Program-made: the position numbers and the translations under genes
From: Ginglymostoma cirratum
Taxonomy: Eukaryota
Length of the DNA: 64,000 nucleotides
Assembly: GCA_024137785.1 (NCBI GenBank)
Contig: JAHRHZ010000062.1
Location: forward strand, 21,132,771-21,196,770
Direction of reading: 5' to 3'
Shown here: positions 61,851 through 64,000 of the stretch, in pieces
How the letters are laid out: each line of letters starts with the position of its first letter
How positions within the stretch are numbered: position 1 is the first letter of the stretch
The notes under the pieces: generated by a model
The model's database searches: none
The model's input: only the letters and a program-made list of their open reading frames with translations
What the model was told of the DNA's origin: nothing

Positions 61851-62979
61851 AATTCTACCTAATATTCCATATGCTCCCCGAAAGGTCCACCCACGTCACA
61901 CTGAAAATGAATTCAAAAGCAGTTCTGCATTGTCAGAGGTGCTTAATTCACATTGAAAACAGGGTCCACAAGAATGCTGAGTAGCATGATGAGGTGGTTC
62001 CATGTTATGATGCACTGATTTGAGAATATCACTCAGAATGGTATTTATTTTATTCATTGCTGCCTTATAAGGACTGGTTTTGGACAATGCTGAGTCAGGT
62101 TTTACTCTTCCACTTAGGTAAGTTTCTGACATTAAGTTGTTCATTTGCCTGTGTCGAATGGAAGTGACTAAAAGATTAAATTTGTAAAGGTAGACAAAAA
62201 CACACACTGGAGCCAAATCTTCGGTGGAACAAACATTACTTGTTGTTAAAGGTGATCTTCGATAGGAATCTGGATTTAGACCAATCCTTTCCAACTTCAA
62301 CTTTAGAGTTAAAGTCAGATTCAGACAATAGCTTTAAATCAGTTACATGAGCCTAATTAAAACAGACAGTTGCATGATAATGACAGTTAACTTCCAAGCA
62401 CCTGAAATTTCTTGTCCTTTTGAGGTACCAATTACTCTGGCTAAGAAGTGACTCCAAGAAGATTCATAAAAGAAAAGGATTTCTTTCACCACAGAGCCAA
62501 TAAGAAGCATGACTAATGCCAATGGAGACTGCCTGAGTGAAACAAAAGCCAGGTGGGTGTAGCTGGGAATTTAGACCAAAGTGGGAATTTGGTGCAGGGA
62601 GGAACAAAAGTGTTTTGTCTAAAGTTTAGTGCCAGAAGTAGAGTCTCTACAGTGAGAGTTGAGTGTGAGATGCTTAAAACCTCAGGTTGAGTGGCTTACT
62701 GACAATGAAACCAGCAGGTGGGTAACATCACAGACCATACTTGTGATGTGAGCGCAAAGAAAGCTGCTGATTAGTAAATAGGATTGGTGAATATTTCTAG
62801 TCTTTAAAGTAAAAGTCAGCTTTTGAGTTTGTGTTTATATCTCTAATCTTTTTCTTCTCCCGTTTCTTAAAAATATCTTACTAAGTGTAAGATTGATAAC
62901 GTTTATATATTAAAATTATAATAAAGTGTAAAGATCAGGGAAACTGAAGTAATTTTTTTTAAAAATTAAATCAAATGCG

Positions 62980-64000
62980 ATAGTGATAGCTTCAAAGGTG
63001 ATGCGTTGTTGCTGCAGCGTGTGGGAGCTGATCGACCCAAGGTGATTGAGAGCAAAAACTTTTGCATTAAGGATTCGCAGTTCAAAAAACTTTGGATTTG
63101 AGTTCAGGAGCTGGAGTTCAATCAGCACACATTGACCCACGTCCCAGGGATGGTGAAAGTTATCTGGATACTTTGCTACAGGAGGTAGTCACACAGCTTA
63201 GACTAGGCAATTGAAATTTTATCTGTGATCAGGAACAGGATGGTGGGATGCAAGTGAGGTGGATCTGAGGACTTAAGGTGATTGTTCAGAGTTTTGACCC
63301 TGCAATTATCCAACTGACGCAAGGTTCTTCCAAGCAGTGTGGATGAAAGTGGGGACTGCAGAGATGATGAGTGTGCTGATCACAACACCATGGTATAGGG
63401 AACCATTCAAACTTAGGGAGGAAATAGGAATACAGTCATGGTAGGGAACAGCATAATTAGGAGGACAGATTCTGTTCTCTGCAACTGTGTGTGGAAGTCC
63501 TATAGCTATGATGTATACCTAGTGCCTAGGTTAGGGACATCGCCTCAGGACTGGAGAGGAATACAATAGCAATAAATTAATTTAGATGGAACATGTAGAA
63601 TCCACATGGGTTGAGCTAAGAAAAAAGGGGAAGAAGACACTGGTGGGAGAAGTCTATAACCCCCAATCAGCTGTACTGATTTGACAAAAGAAATTAGGAG
63701 AAAATTAGCACATGCAAGAAAGATTATATTAACCCTGGGTGACTTTACTTTCATTTAGATTGGGAAAATAAGATTGGTAGGTATAGCCACAAGAAAGAAT
63801 TCATAGTCTATTTGGGACAGTTTCTGACAAGATGTTTTGTGGATCCAACCAGGGATCAAGCTGTTTTGAACCTTGTAATGTGTAATGATGTGTATTTAAT
63901 AAATTATCTCACAATAAAATATATCCTAGAAAACAGTAAACATAACAAGGTTTAGCATTCAATTTGAGAGGGAGAAATTTAGGTCAGAAACATTTATGCT
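62980..64000 (+). mobile_element. Old CR1 LINE 5' part (ORF1 zinc finger and SGNH esterase remnants joined to ORF2 endonuclease)
   Basis: CCCSVWEL (about 63007), MVGNSIIRG (decayed GDS, about 63438), then VESTWVELRKKGKKTL and LGDF (about 63594-63746). Confidence 0.7.

Noticed and set aside
1-64000. CRISPR arrays, operons or other prokaryotic systems
   Set aside because: No regularly spaced repeat-spacer arrays or dense ORFs; the sequence is clearly vertebrate and repeat-rich.
57764-64000. SYT9 exon 2 (DISVSLL...transmembrane segment)
   Set aside because: Not found in the remaining 6.2 kb; the hydrophobic ORFs at 58389 and 59959 do not match, so intron 1 extends past the window.

Overview
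Repeat-dominated vertebrate genomic DNA. The repeat repertoire (CR1 LINEs, HE1/V-SINE-like and Deu-domain SINEs) points to a cartilaginous fish, probably a shark; this is inference. About 55 kb of TE-filled intergenic sequence precedes a CpG-rich promoter and the first coding exon of a synaptotagmin, best matching SYT9 (57616-57763, +). A near-consensus RE1/NRSE site and several upstream ATGs lie just ahead of its start codon. Two mobile-DNA highlights stand out. (1) A full-length but decayed 6.2 kb LTR retrotransposon (18028-24267) has Ty3/Gypsy-type enzymes in the unusual PR-IN-RT-RH order (Gmr1-like), a SCAN-like gag and a tRNA-Pro-like PBS. (2) About 13 dispersed 90-180 bp non-coding elements are built around a minimal hammerhead-ribozyme motif (CTGANGA-stem II-GAAA-palindrome); several have 11-15 bp target-site duplications or inverted arms, consistent with Penelope-like-element-derived, retrozyme-like retroposons. 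TE boundaries were placed by eye and are approximate; protein family calls come from remembered motifs, not database searches.
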